DNA from: Kiritimatiellia bacterium
GTDB taxonomy: Bacteria; Verrucomicrobiota; Kiritimatiellia; RFP12; UBA1067
Length of the DNA: 64,000 nt
NCBI GenBank assembly: GCA_017525225.1
Contig: JAFXTB010000171.1
Coordinates: 19,205-83,204, forward strand
Direction: 5' to 3'
The notes below the pieces were generated by a model. It was not told where the DNA came from and did no database searches. It saw nothing but the letters and a program-made list of their open reading frames with translations. The translations under genes were made by a program, and so were the position numbers. Each line of letters begins with the position of its first letter. Position 1 is the first letter of the stretch. Of this stretch, positions 9,279 to 18,092 are shown one piece after another.

Positions 9279-10247
9279 TTAGACCGCTTTCACCTTCACG
9301 CACACCTTGCGATAGCCTTTCGGCGGCGTGGCGGCGATCGTGCAGCCCGGACGGTGCCCGCCGTACGGCGGGAAGAACGCCACGAATTCCCCGACCTTGA
9401 GCGAAAGCGGCTCGCACCTCGCCTTGTATAGCACGTAGTCGTCCTTCTCGTCGAACGGCAGCGACAGCTCGCGCTTAGTCATGGTGAAGGTGCCTATCGT
9501 CTCCTCGCCGCAGATCGGGGCGTGTATGTCGATGTACCTGCGGTGGGCCTCGGCCTTGCCGTCGTCGCCGAACGGTGTCAGCGTCGGCGAGGAGATGTTG
9601 GCGAACACGTTCTCGCCGTCGATCACGACCTTGCCGTCAGGAAGCGAGGCGAGGTCCGTCTCGCGGAGGAACGCGAACGCCTTCGGGAAATGCGGATTCA
9701 TGAACTCGAAGCGCCTCGAATCGGCGATGCGGTTCGTCAGGAACGGCGGAACAACATCGAGGTTCGTACGGATGAGGTCCGGTCCCCTCTTCGCCAGCAG
9801 CTCCTCGTATTTCCTGCGGCATAGCTCACGGTCCGTGTAGATCCATTCGTCGCAGACGGGTTCCGTACGGCTTTCCAGATCGTACACCTCCCAGAATCCG
9901 GCGGCGGACAGCACGCGCAGGCACCATCCGGGGCAGTGGTCGCAATAGACCGGGCTCGCGCCGCCGTCGGAATCGAGCGCCTTCGAGAGCGACGGGCATT
10001 TGTTCATGCGCAGCCGCAGGTAGTCAGGCTTCAGGTCGAGGTCCAGATCGCAGTTCTCCTCCACCCGGATGCGGCAGTAGTAGGTGTAGACTCCCTTGAG
10101 CCCTTCGCGGCGGTACTGGTCGAGCGTGAAGTTGCCCTGCCGCGCCGCTACACGGGCATAGTAGCGGTCGAGCGCCTGCGGATCCTGCTTCGCGAGGAAC
10201 TTGAACATCTCGTTGTAGAACATCACGAAATGGTCTGAAGGCATCAT
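9279..10247 (-). CDS. V4R/ATC-hydrolase-like Cys-rich domain fused to a YhcH/YjgK/YiaL (NanQ, DUF386) domain
   Basis: N-half MNKCPS...YCDHC...C; C-half FPKAFAFL...LPDGKVVIDGENVFA...EAHRRYIDIH...FFPPYGGHRPG...KVCVKV, typical of YhcH. Confidence 0.7.
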   Translation of the reverse strand: MMPSDHFVMFYNEMFKFLAKQDPQALDRYYARVAARQGNFTLDQYRREGLKGVYTYYCRIRVEENCDLDLDLKPDYLRLRMNKCPSLSKALDSDGGASPVYCDHCPGWCLRVLSAAGFWEVYDLESRTEPVCDEWIYTDRELCRRKYEELLAKRGPDLIRTNLDVVPPFLTNRIADSRRFEFMNPHFPKAFAFLRETDLASLPDGKVVIDGENVFANISSPTLTPFGDDGKAEAHRRYIDIHAPICGEETIGTFTMTKRELSLPFDEKDDYVLYKARCEPLSLKVGEFVAFFPPYGGHRPGCTIAATPPKGYRKVCVKVKAV

Positions 10248-10780
10248 GACGCGGCCTCCTTCCTCCTACGCAGGACCTGGCGGCACGAGAAGCCGCCCGT
10301 CTCCTCCAGGACGATCTCGAACGGCGAGCCCTTGCAGAACGCATCGTTCATGATGCGCGTGGCCCAGCACGTGCGTTTGCCGCCGGGTATGCCGCGCTTC
10401 TCGAGATGGCGGAGGGCGGGACATTCATTGACGGTCAGCGTGGCCGTCCCGTCCGCATTCTCCTCGAGCCTGAACGCGCCCTTCTCGCGTCCCAGATAGT
10501 ACCGCCACCATTCGATGAGCTCGGAGGTGTCGCCCGCCACGAGCTTTCGATGCATCTGCCGGTAGACCTCGGTGCCGGTGCTTTCAAGGACCTCGCGCGC
10601 CGCCGCCTCGCCGTATTCGTCGATGAGGTAGTTCACGCCGTCGAGGAACGACGCATGGAAGTCCTTGTGCACCTCGCCCTTGCTGACGTAGCGCATAGTG
10701 CCACCGGCTGCCCACGCGCATGGCGCGGCTGCCGCGCAGCCCGCCATCGCCGACAACCTTATGAAATCCCTTCTGTCCAC
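10244..10780 (-). CDS. Tat-exported V4R/ATC-hydrolase-like protein
   Basis: GTG start, MDRRDFIRL Tat motif; HKDFH, LTVNECPA, TCWAT, SCRQ cysteine pattern; 4-nt overlap with the downstream gene. Confidence 0.6.
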   Translation of the reverse strand: MDRRDFIRLSAMAGCAAAAPCAWAAGGTMRYVSKGEVHKDFHASFLDGVNYLIDEYGEAAAREVLESTGTEVYRQMHRKLVAGDTSELIEWWRYYLGREKGAFRLEENADGTATLTVNECPALRHLEKRGIPGGKRTCWATRIMNDAFCKGSPFEIVLEETGGFSCRQVLRRRKEAAS

Positions 10781-10801
10781 GATCCCTCCTTTGAAGCCCT
10801 T

Positions 10802-13800
10802 CTACCGTCCGCGCACCGAAAACAGCCCGTTGATCGCCTTTGTGAGCGAACGCACCTCCACTGCCAGCACCTCGCCGATGCGCTTCTGCCCTTCCGGCGC
10901 GAGCAGCCTGGGCACCTCTTCACGCGGAACCGCCGCCGTGGCATCGGCCACGATCACGTTATGGCTGCCCTGCGGCAGATACGGATAGCAGAACGCGGGA
11001 CCGGGAAGGAAGTGGCCGTCCTCCATCGGCGCGCCGGTCTCGCGGCAGATGCGCCCGTCGCCCGTGGCGTCGAAGACTACCATTCCGCGCACCGCGACCT
11101 CGCGACCGTCCTCCATCCGCACCACCACGCCCGTGACGAACCCGGCGCGGCCGCGCTCGACCCGGAGCACCTCGGCATTCTCCACAAGGACCATGTCCAT
11201 CCTGCCGTAGATGGCGCGCGTGGCGTCGGAAAGCTTCGCGCCCGGCACCACCACCGCGCAGTTGCGGCCTCGCGGATAGGTTGTACGGGCAGTCATGGCG
11301 GCCGCGATGGAGTCGCCCACCACCAGCAGAGGACGGTCGGCCAGGACCGGCGTGCTGCGCGGCGGCGGGAAGTTGACCCCTTCAACCTTCCTGCCGAGGC
11401 ACTGGTCAAGCGGACGCGTGTCGTGCGAGATGTACGCGCAATGCGAATCCATGAACACCACGAGCCGGCGCATCTCCTCGTCGGTCAGGCGCACGCCCTT
11501 GTGCCCGGCCTTGAGCTTCGCGTAGAGGGGCGACGCGAGCGCGCCAGCCTTCCCCGGCTCAGAATACGGCTGCACGAAGTCGTCGCCCTGCACGCTCTTC
11601 GCCCACCAATCCGCGCCAACGTACCGCCGCGTGTAGTAGTGCACGAGGCCGCGCCCCACAAGCTCGATGAACGACGTGTTGAAGCAGTAGGGGTTCAACC
11701 AGATGTCGCCGGCCCGTAGGTCCGGCATCTTCGCGGGGTCGCGCTTCTCGCCGTGGCAGGCTACGCACCTGGCGTCCAGCACAGGCTGTACGAGCGTAGG
11801 ATAGTTGAATGGCCTGGAGCCTTCCGGCTCGGGCTTCAGCTCCGACGGCGGACGGCGGAATGCCATCGGCGCGGCGGCGGACGCGGCGGCGGCGCGACCG
11901 TGGCGGGATTCGTGACAGCCGTTGCAGGTGAGCCTCTCGCCGGCCTGCGCGTAGGCGACTGTGCGCATCGTCTGCACGGCGCACCCGTTCTCGTCGAGCG
12001 CCTGGAAGTACACGGGCGTCTTCACCGGCACGTTGAAGTGCGCGCTGCCGTCCAGCTCCACGGGGACCGTCCCAAGGCACTGCCTGCCGCCCATCTGGTC
12101 CACTGCGCCAAGCCGCGGATGTCCGTCCATCGGCTCCAGCTTCGGGAACACCTGCCACACCCGCAGCGCGGATATCTTCGTGCCGGGCGGGAACGGGTAG
12201 CGCGAATTGTAGACGTTCACAAGCCCGTAGGCGGCGGTCTGCGGCAGCTGCGACTCGGGGATCGCCTCCGGGCGCCTGCCGTCCGCGTCCGCAGGGCGGC
12301 CGAAGAGCGTACGATGCGGTATCACCGGCGGCATTGGCCGCGCCTTCAGCGGCATGGCGTCGGCGCAGGAGATCGTTGGATGCTCGAAGATGCATATCTT
12401 GTTGCCGAACGCGTCGAGGAGCGTGAGGCGGTACTTGCGCCGCTGGTAGTCGATGAGGCGCGAATACTGGTCGTTAGCGCCGCCGTCGTACGTGCAGATG
12501 TAGTATTTCTCGGAAAGCGGCCAGGGCGCGCCGTAGCAGCCAGACGGCCTGAGCGGCCAGCGCACGAGCTTCTCCGATTCAGGCAGGAGCTCGTCCGGCG
12601 TGAGACGCTTCACCTGGCTCATCTCGCCGTCGTCCGGGACCGATGGATCCAGCAGCACAAGCGAGCCTCGGTCGGGGGTGTGGTGGCCGCCCGATACCCC
12701 CACGTACCTGCGCGAGCCGGGGATGGCGCGGATGGACTGCACGAGATGCGGCGCGCGCCGCTGGCTCTTGCGCGTATTGCCGTTGAGCTCGCGCGGGTCG
12801 CGTCCGTCCGGATACGTTATCCACGCATGGTGCGCCTGGTTGAAACCACGGTCGGTGTAGTCCCAGCGCGTGTATACGACCATGCCGTCGTTGTCCACTG
12901 AAGGTTCCCACTCGTTCGTCTCGTGGGGCGAGAGGCATACCATGTCCGTGCCGTCGGGGAACATCGAATGCAGCGTGAAGTTCGGCACCTCGCGCATGTG
13001 GCAGCGGCCGTATCCGCCGCGTCTCTCGGACACGAACATGATGCGTCCGTTCGGCAGCCAGCACGGGAAGAGGTCGTTGACGCCGCCCCATGTCAGCATC
13101 TCCAGGTGCGATCCGTCCGCGCGCATCTTCATGATGTGGAAGGTAGTCTTCTCGTCCCATTCGCGCGTACGGTGCTCGCCGGGCGTCCAGCAGAAGAGTA
13201 TCTCCTTGCCGTCCCAGCTCACGTCGGGCGCGAGAAAGCCGCCTTCTGCGGTGATCTTGAGGTTGTTCCACTGCGGGTTCGCGGAATGTATCACCGTGCC
13301 CGCCGGCGCCATCTCCACGAGCCTTGGCTCGTCGCCGAACGGATCCTCGAGCGTCCACAGTCCGTTGCCGTGCGTCGAACCCTTGAGCGTCGCATGGAAG
13401 CCGAAGTACTGGTCGCACATGTGCGTGCCCCAGACCTTCTCCTCGGCGGTGGGCGTCTCGCGCGTGATGAAAAGGAGCTTGTCGATGTCCTTCAGCAGCG
13501 GATTGGAGAAGGCGATCCTGCGCCTGAGGCGCATGGCGCGCTCGAAGAGGGCGAACCGGGCATCCTCGTCCGCCACGGGCACGGCCTTCGCCTCCGACTC
13601 CAGCGCCGCGATCGACGAGCGGAGCGTCGCGAACGCGGCGGCGTCCCCTTCCTTCTCGACCACGCCCGCCAGATCGTCGGCAAGAGCGCGCGTACGCCTG
13701 AGCAGCACGTCGAGCGGATCGCGGTCCTGCGGCCAGATGAGGGCATGCTCGTTCACCACCTCTTCCGCCGGAGGCTGGAAGAACGGCACGTTGGTGTTAC

Positions 13801-13999
13801 CGTTGATGTCGCGCTCCTCGCGCGGCTGGGCATGGTAGCGTATGTCGCGCTCGAGCAGACGGAAGGTATCCAGCGTCTCCATCCGCTGCCGCACCGTCCT
13901 CGAAGGCGGCTCAGGAAACACCCGTTCCGCGGCAACCGCCGCGAATGCCGCGGAAACGGCGACCGAAAGTGCAAGGGAGAGGCAGTCTGTATGATTCAT
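10802..13999 (-). CDS. HzsA-related (hydrazine synthase alpha-like) beta-propeller protein with two c-type heme motifs and a C-terminal FAD-oxidoreductase-like fragment
   Basis: Signal peptide; propeller motifs PDVSWDGKEILF, PCWLPNGRIMFVSER, YTRWDY; middle domain LGTVPVELDGSAHF...YFQALDENGCAVQTMR; CNGCH and CVACH; tail LLVVGDSIAA...VFDATGDG. Confidence 0.8.
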   Translation of the reverse strand: MNHTDCLSLALSVAVSAAFAAVAAERVFPEPPSRTVRQRMETLDTFRLLERDIRYHAQPREERDINGNTNVPFFQPPAEEVVNEHALIWPQDRDPLDVLLRRTRALADDLAGVVEKEGDAAAFATLRSSIAALESEAKAVPVADEDARFALFERAMRLRRRIAFSNPLLKDIDKLLFITRETPTAEEKVWGTHMCDQYFGFHATLKGSTHGNGLWTLEDPFGDEPRLVEMAPAGTVIHSANPQWNNLKITAEGGFLAPDVSWDGKEILFCWTPGEHRTREWDEKTTFHIMKMRADGSHLEMLTWGGVNDLFPCWLPNGRIMFVSERRGGYGRCHMREVPNFTLHSMFPDGTDMVCLSPHETNEWEPSVDNDGMVVYTRWDYTDRGFNQAHHAWITYPDGRDPRELNGNTRKSQRRAPHLVQSIRAIPGSRRYVGVSGGHHTPDRGSLVLLDPSVPDDGEMSQVKRLTPDELLPESEKLVRWPLRPSGCYGAPWPLSEKYYICTYDGGANDQYSRLIDYQRRKYRLTLLDAFGNKICIFEHPTISCADAMPLKARPMPPVIPHRTLFGRPADADGRRPEAIPESQLPQTAAYGLVNVYNSRYPFPPGTKISALRVWQVFPKLEPMDGHPRLGAVDQMGGRQCLGTVPVELDGSAHFNVPVKTPVYFQALDENGCAVQTMRTVAYAQAGERLTCNGCHESRHGRAAAASAAAPMAFRRPPSELKPEPEGSRPFNYPTLVQPVLDARCVACHGEKRDPAKMPDLRAGDIWLNPYCFNTSFIELVGRGLVHYYTRRYVGADWWAKSVQGDDFVQPYSEPGKAGALASPLYAKLKAGHKGVRLTDEEMRRLVVFMDSHCAYISHDTRPLDQCLGRKVEGVNFPPPRSTPVLADRPLLVVGDSIAAAMTARTTYPRGRNCAVVVPGAKLSDATRAIYGRMDMVLVENAEVLRVERGRAGFVTGVVVRMEDGREVAVRGMVVFDATGDGRICRETGAPMEDGHFLPGPAFCYPYLPQGSHNVIVADATAAVPREEVPRLLAPEGQKRIGEVLAVEVRSLTKAINGLFSVRGR

Positions 14000-14024
14000 G
14001 GGGCTATCGCATCGCTAGCGCGGA

Positions 14025-16169
14025 TCAACGGAAGTTCAGCTGGAAGCCGGGGATGAAGTAGTACTCACAGCATCCGGCGTCGGCGGAAGCTCCACTCAAC
14101 CGCCGCGACGCGTTGTTGCGCTGGATCGTGACGCCGTACTTGCCGGAGCTTGCGATGGTGTAGCCCGAGCCGAGATCCTGCGGGCCGTTGCGCTTGCCCG
14201 TCCCCATCCAGGTCTCGACAGGCGCCCTGTTGATGGCCTGCGAGTGCTCGGCAAGCCTGTAGTCGCGGTTCGCTGCGTCAAGGAAGAGTGGCTTGGACGA
14301 GTCGGGGAAGCTGTTGCCTTCCGTGCGGGGATCGATCTCCCATGTCGTCTGCTTGCCGAATATCGAATAGTTGACGTTCGTTGTCGTAGAGTATGTACGG
14401 CCATATATCTGCCCGTAGCCGCCCGTGTTGTTCACCACGATGCTCGACCTTACATATATGTTGGACGGCGCGGCATGCCCCCATGCACCTTCCTCGTAGC
14501 CGTGGATCATCCAGGAACTTTCTCCAATGGTGTTGTTGGCTATGGTGCAGTTCTCGAACAGCAGTTCGATGTTCGAATCATAGCGTGCACCTGTGTGCGC
14601 ATATACCGATGCGGCGTTTTTCCCGAAGGAGTTGTCTGTGCAAAGGCAGTTGCGGAAACGCACCGTCCAGTGCCGGCCGGCGTTTGAATTGACCAGCCAC
14701 ACCCATCCACCCCATGTACAGACGGATGTGTCGTTGTCGGTGAAGTAGCAGTCTACGAAGTCGACCAGGGACTCCGCCGAGATGTTGCTGATCCAGAACA
14801 AGCCGCCATGGATGGCATTCGTCTGACGGTTGGCGCGGAACACGCAGTTGGAGACAAGGAACTTGGATGTGTCGTCATCCTTGAAGATGATCCCTATCTT
14901 GGTCTTGCCAACGTTGCCGACGACCGCGCTGTCAACAAGCGTGCTGTTCCCCGCCATGTAGATGGCGGGCGATCCCCCTTGCCACGTATCTCCGGTATTC
15001 CCTATGTTGCAGGTTATGAGACAGTTCCTCGCATTGCAGCGGCTGCCGAGATGAAGTCCCGTGGCATTGTTGTACTTGGTATCCGACAGGCACGCATCGT
15101 AGTTGTTGGACGAAGTGACGTTCAAGACATCGATGTTCCTGTAGCAGTATATGGCCCCGCCATAGTGGTTGGTGCAATCGTGGACCAGGCAGTCTTCAAG
15201 GTACGCCTGGTACTTGGTTCCGTCCGCACCGTCGGCCAATCCGCTTCTGGCGTAGATTCCGGCACCAAGCCCACCGCCGGTGTGAGGCATGTCGATCACG
15301 CACCCCGATACGACCGTATCGAACACGCCCATCCTCGGGCGCGAAGATTCGTATTTGGTGTTGTCGTCGCAGCCTACATAGATGCCTGCCCCCACCGGAA
15401 AGCAATCTCCTGCATTCATCCTGATCGCGCAGTTGCGTATGACGCAGTTCGACACCATGCCGTAGTAGTCGAAGATGCCAGCGCCGTACGCGTTTTTTCC
15501 GGCGACGCCGGTGGCGTTGGTGATGGAACAGTTCTCGATCGTGCAGCCCATAATCCGAGACCAGAATGCCGCTATTCCGGCCCCATTCGCGCTAGAGGCA
15601 CCACCGTCCATGGTGATGTGGCAGTCGCGGACGATGCAGTCCACCACACGCCCCGTGGATCTAAGGAAAATGCCGGCGCCGGATGAATTCAGCGCCACGC
15701 AGTTCGTGACGGTAAGTCCCTCGGCGGAGCTGCTCCATCCTCCGTACACCTGTATGCCCCTGCATTGTCCCTGCCCGTCCAGGACCACATCCTCCGGGTT
15801 GCCTGTCAGCGAACGGATGTGGATCTCACCGACCTTGTAGGTACCATCGTTGTCGGAAAGCCTTATTTCCTTGGTGAGCCGGTAGTATCCATTGGAGATG
15901 ATAAGCGTATGCTGGCTTACGTACTCCGCGCCGGCTTCTGCCGATGCCGCGATCATCTTGGCAGGCACCAGCTCCGGTGACTTCATGGCTGTGGCCCAGC
16001 TAAGGCCGTCGTTTTCATCGTCTCCCCATGGAGCCACGTACCAAGTGGTGGCTGCGCCGACCATGCGGACCACGCCCGCCACTGCAAGCATCGCCATCAG
16101 CATGGCTTTCGAGCCGCCATGAACCAGGCGTGCGCACCTGGACTTTCCATCGTCGCTTGTTCTTGCCAT
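14025..16169 (-). CDS. Secreted right-handed parallel beta-helix protein
   Basis: ATG at 16169 with AGGAG RBS; WYVAPWGDDENDGLSWATA start motif; repeated NC/SNC/GAGI turns; DYRLAEHSQAIN; ends ...YYFIPGFQLNFR. Looks lower in GC than neighbours. Confidence 0.8.
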   Translation of the reverse strand: MARTSDDGKSRCARLVHGGSKAMLMAMLAVAGVVRMVGAATTWYVAPWGDDENDGLSWATAMKSPELVPAKMIAASAEAGAEYVSQHTLIISNGYYRLTKEIRLSDNDGTYKVGEIHIRSLTGNPEDVVLDGQGQCRGIQVYGGWSSSAEGLTVTNCVALNSSGAGIFLRSTGRVVDCIVRDCHITMDGGASSANGAGIAAFWSRIMGCTIENCSITNATGVAGKNAYGAGIFDYYGMVSNCVIRNCAIRMNAGDCFPVGAGIYVGCDDNTKYESSRPRMGVFDTVVSGCVIDMPHTGGGLGAGIYARSGLADGADGTKYQAYLEDCLVHDCTNHYGGAIYCYRNIDVLNVTSSNNYDACLSDTKYNNATGLHLGSRCNARNCLITCNIGNTGDTWQGGSPAIYMAGNSTLVDSAVVGNVGKTKIGIIFKDDDTSKFLVSNCVFRANRQTNAIHGGLFWISNISAESLVDFVDCYFTDNDTSVCTWGGWVWLVNSNAGRHWTVRFRNCLCTDNSFGKNAASVYAHTGARYDSNIELLFENCTIANNTIGESSWMIHGYEEGAWGHAAPSNIYVRSSIVVNNTGGYGQIYGRTYSTTTNVNYSIFGKQTTWEIDPRTEGNSFPDSSKPLFLDAANRDYRLAEHSQAINRAPVETWMGTGKRNGPQDLGSGYTIASSGKYGVTIQRNNASRRLSGASADAGCCEYYFIPGFQLNFR

Positions 16170-16491
16170 TGTCGTACTCCTATTCCGTCCAACTTTCAAG
16201 ACAACATGCAGGCAATCTTTGAAAGACGCTGACATAATACCAAATCGCCCCGCCCATTTCAAGTGGAACGACATCTGTAATATTCCCATCAACCTCCAGA
16301 AGGTGATTATCTGCCAATCGTATTATAGATTCTCAGACCTTGACACTAGCAAATCGTCGTTACACCGTATTCCGGAAAACGATAATCGCGCAGACATGCT
16401 AGGCGTTCTCCCAATCGGATGATTCATCTGCGAATAGGTCGCAGTTTATCTGTCCGGCAAGTTCAGGCTGCGGTTCGGTGGTACGACTTCA

Positions 16492-17034
16492 TCAGAACAC
16501 CTCCTCGTAGATTATCGACTCAATTGCGTCGTGCCGTGCAAAGTGGGCTAGATAATCGGCTATCTTGTATGCCTCCAGCTCGGACGACTTCCTCCGGAAG
16601 GAAAGTACAACCTCCTTGTACAGATCCGGTGCAAGCTTTCCCTTCATTCTCGCTGTCTCTATCAGAAGCCGTTCAAGGTCGAAAGTCCTCACCCTGTCGC
16701 CACAGTAGTCTATCGTTGTCACGCCGATACCTTCGGTACCACTTGGCATATAGAACTGCTTCACCAGCGGATCCCGAATCGGTCTTGCGCCGTGGGCTGT
16801 CGCCATGTAGTAGAACTCTGGTACCACGTCCGTAAGGTCATGGTAGAAGTACGCGCTGTCGAATGTCATGACGGCATTCGGATGCCGCCACTGTACAATC
16901 TCAAGCTCGTTTTCCGCACCCGTGTCCGAATACACGCCGACGTCTAGTTTCCAGAGAATGCCAGACGCGACCGCCTTATCTATCTGATAAGGCGACCCGA
17001 ACTTCTCCTTGCACTCTGCGAACGAATACAGCAT
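16492..17034 (-). CDS. AbiEi-family (type IV toxin-antitoxin) antitoxin-like transcriptional regulator, orphan
   Basis: Start reassigned to MLYSFAECKEKFGS; N-terminal wHTH ending LDVGVYSD; SAYFYHDLTDVVP and RTFDLERLLIE match AbiEi patterns; no AbiEii gene follows. Confidence 0.7.
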   Translation of the reverse strand: MLYSFAECKEKFGSPYQIDKAVASGILWKLDVGVYSDTGAENELEIVQWRHPNAVMTFDSAYFYHDLTDVVPEFYYMATAHGARPIRDPLVKQFYMPSGTEGIGVTTIDYCGDRVRTFDLERLLIETARMKGKLAPDLYKEVVLSFRRKSSELEAYKIADYLAHFARHDAIESIIYEEVF

Positions 17035-17042
17035 TTTACCAC

Positions 17043-17073
17043 CCGTCGGCATTTTCCCTGTTTTTGCCGACGG
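17043..17073. promoter_or_regulatory. Inverted repeat upstream of the AbiEi-like gene (putative autoregulatory operator)
   Basis: CCGTCGGCA-N13-TGCCGACGG with perfect 9-bp arms, followed by near-palindrome TGGTATAATACCA. Confidence 0.55.
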
Positions 17074-17149
17074 TTGGTATAATACCACAATCCGATCTTC
17101 ACCGCAACTGGAAATGTCCCCGAAGTGTGATAGGCGCACTATTGTGCCA

Positions 17150-18019
17150 TTAGGCACATGAGGCGTATGCAGCCTTGATCTTGGGAAGCAGGTACTTGGC
17201 AGACTCTATGCACGGCATGAGCGTATCCGCCACGCGTTCGCATTCGATGACGTACCACTTGAAGTCAGGCTCCGTGGCCATGTAGGCCAGGACCTCGTCC
17301 CACGGCACCATCTTGCCGCCGTCCGTCGGCGGCTGCCCCAGTATGCCGTACGGTGAAGGGATGTTCTCCTTGGCGTGGATGGAATGGTGGCGGTTCCTGT
17401 ACTTCTTCAGGACGGCCATGAGGTCGGCACCGGGATGTACGACCTGGCAGGTGTCTATCTGCTGCAACAGGAGCGGAGATGCGTTCTTGTAGATGCAGTC
17501 CCAGGCGGTGACGCCGTCGTAGGTCAGCTTGAACTCCTGCTCGTGGTTGTGCATGGAGAACGGCAGGCCGTACTTCCTGGCATCTTCCGCGACGAGGCTC
17601 ATCTCCTCGCCCAGCTTCGTCCATTCCTCTGCGGTCTTGCGCATCGCCCACGGACATGTAAGCGACTCGAAACCCGCCTCGGAGCAGAACTCCAGGGTCT
17701 TCTTGAGGTCGTCGCCCTTCCAGCCAAAGGCGGTATGCGTGCCGCTGGCAGCCATCCCGGCGTTCGCAAGCATCTTCTTGAGCTCCTTTGGCGTGAACCA
17801 CTTGTCCTTCGACGGACCGTACTGGAAGAACTCGATACCGTCAAAACCGGCGGCGTGAAGACGTTCAAGGTTCTTCTCGGGTTCTTTCCAGAACACCTCG
17901 CGAATCGAGTACATCTGCACGGACAGGCGCGGCATCTTCGCGCGCGGCGGCACGCCAAGAGAGGCGGTGCAGGCAGCGGCGGTCGTGGTGGATAGGAACG
18001 ATCTACGTGTAACAGTCAT
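17150..18019 (-). CDS. Tat-exported sugar phosphate isomerase/epimerase (xylose-isomerase-like TIM barrel)
   Basis: TRRSFL Tat motif; SVQMYSIR, GFDGIEF, MHNHEQEF, QIDTC, IHAKE, WYVIECE. Confidence 0.88.
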   Translation of the reverse strand: MTVTRRSFLSTTTAAACTASLGVPPRAKMPRLSVQMYSIREVFWKEPEKNLERLHAAGFDGIEFFQYGPSKDKWFTPKELKKMLANAGMAASGTHTAFGWKGDDLKKTLEFCSEAGFESLTCPWAMRKTAEEWTKLGEEMSLVAEDARKYGLPFSMHNHEQEFKLTYDGVTAWDCIYKNASPLLLQQIDTCQVVHPGADLMAVLKKYRNRHHSIHAKENIPSPYGILGQPPTDGGKMVPWDEVLAYMATEPDFKWYVIECERVADTLMPCIESAKYLLPKIKAAYASCA

Positions 18020-18092
18020 GGCTTCTTGTTTCTCCTTTTCTTCTGTACTTCTGTACGCGGGCTGACTCGCCAGCGGGGTTTGATGATAAAGG

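Noticed and set aside
10802-13999. Evidence for anammox metabolism
   Set aside because: Only an HzsA-like domain is present; no hzsB/hzsC or hydrazine dehydrogenase, and such homologues occur in non-anammox bacteria.
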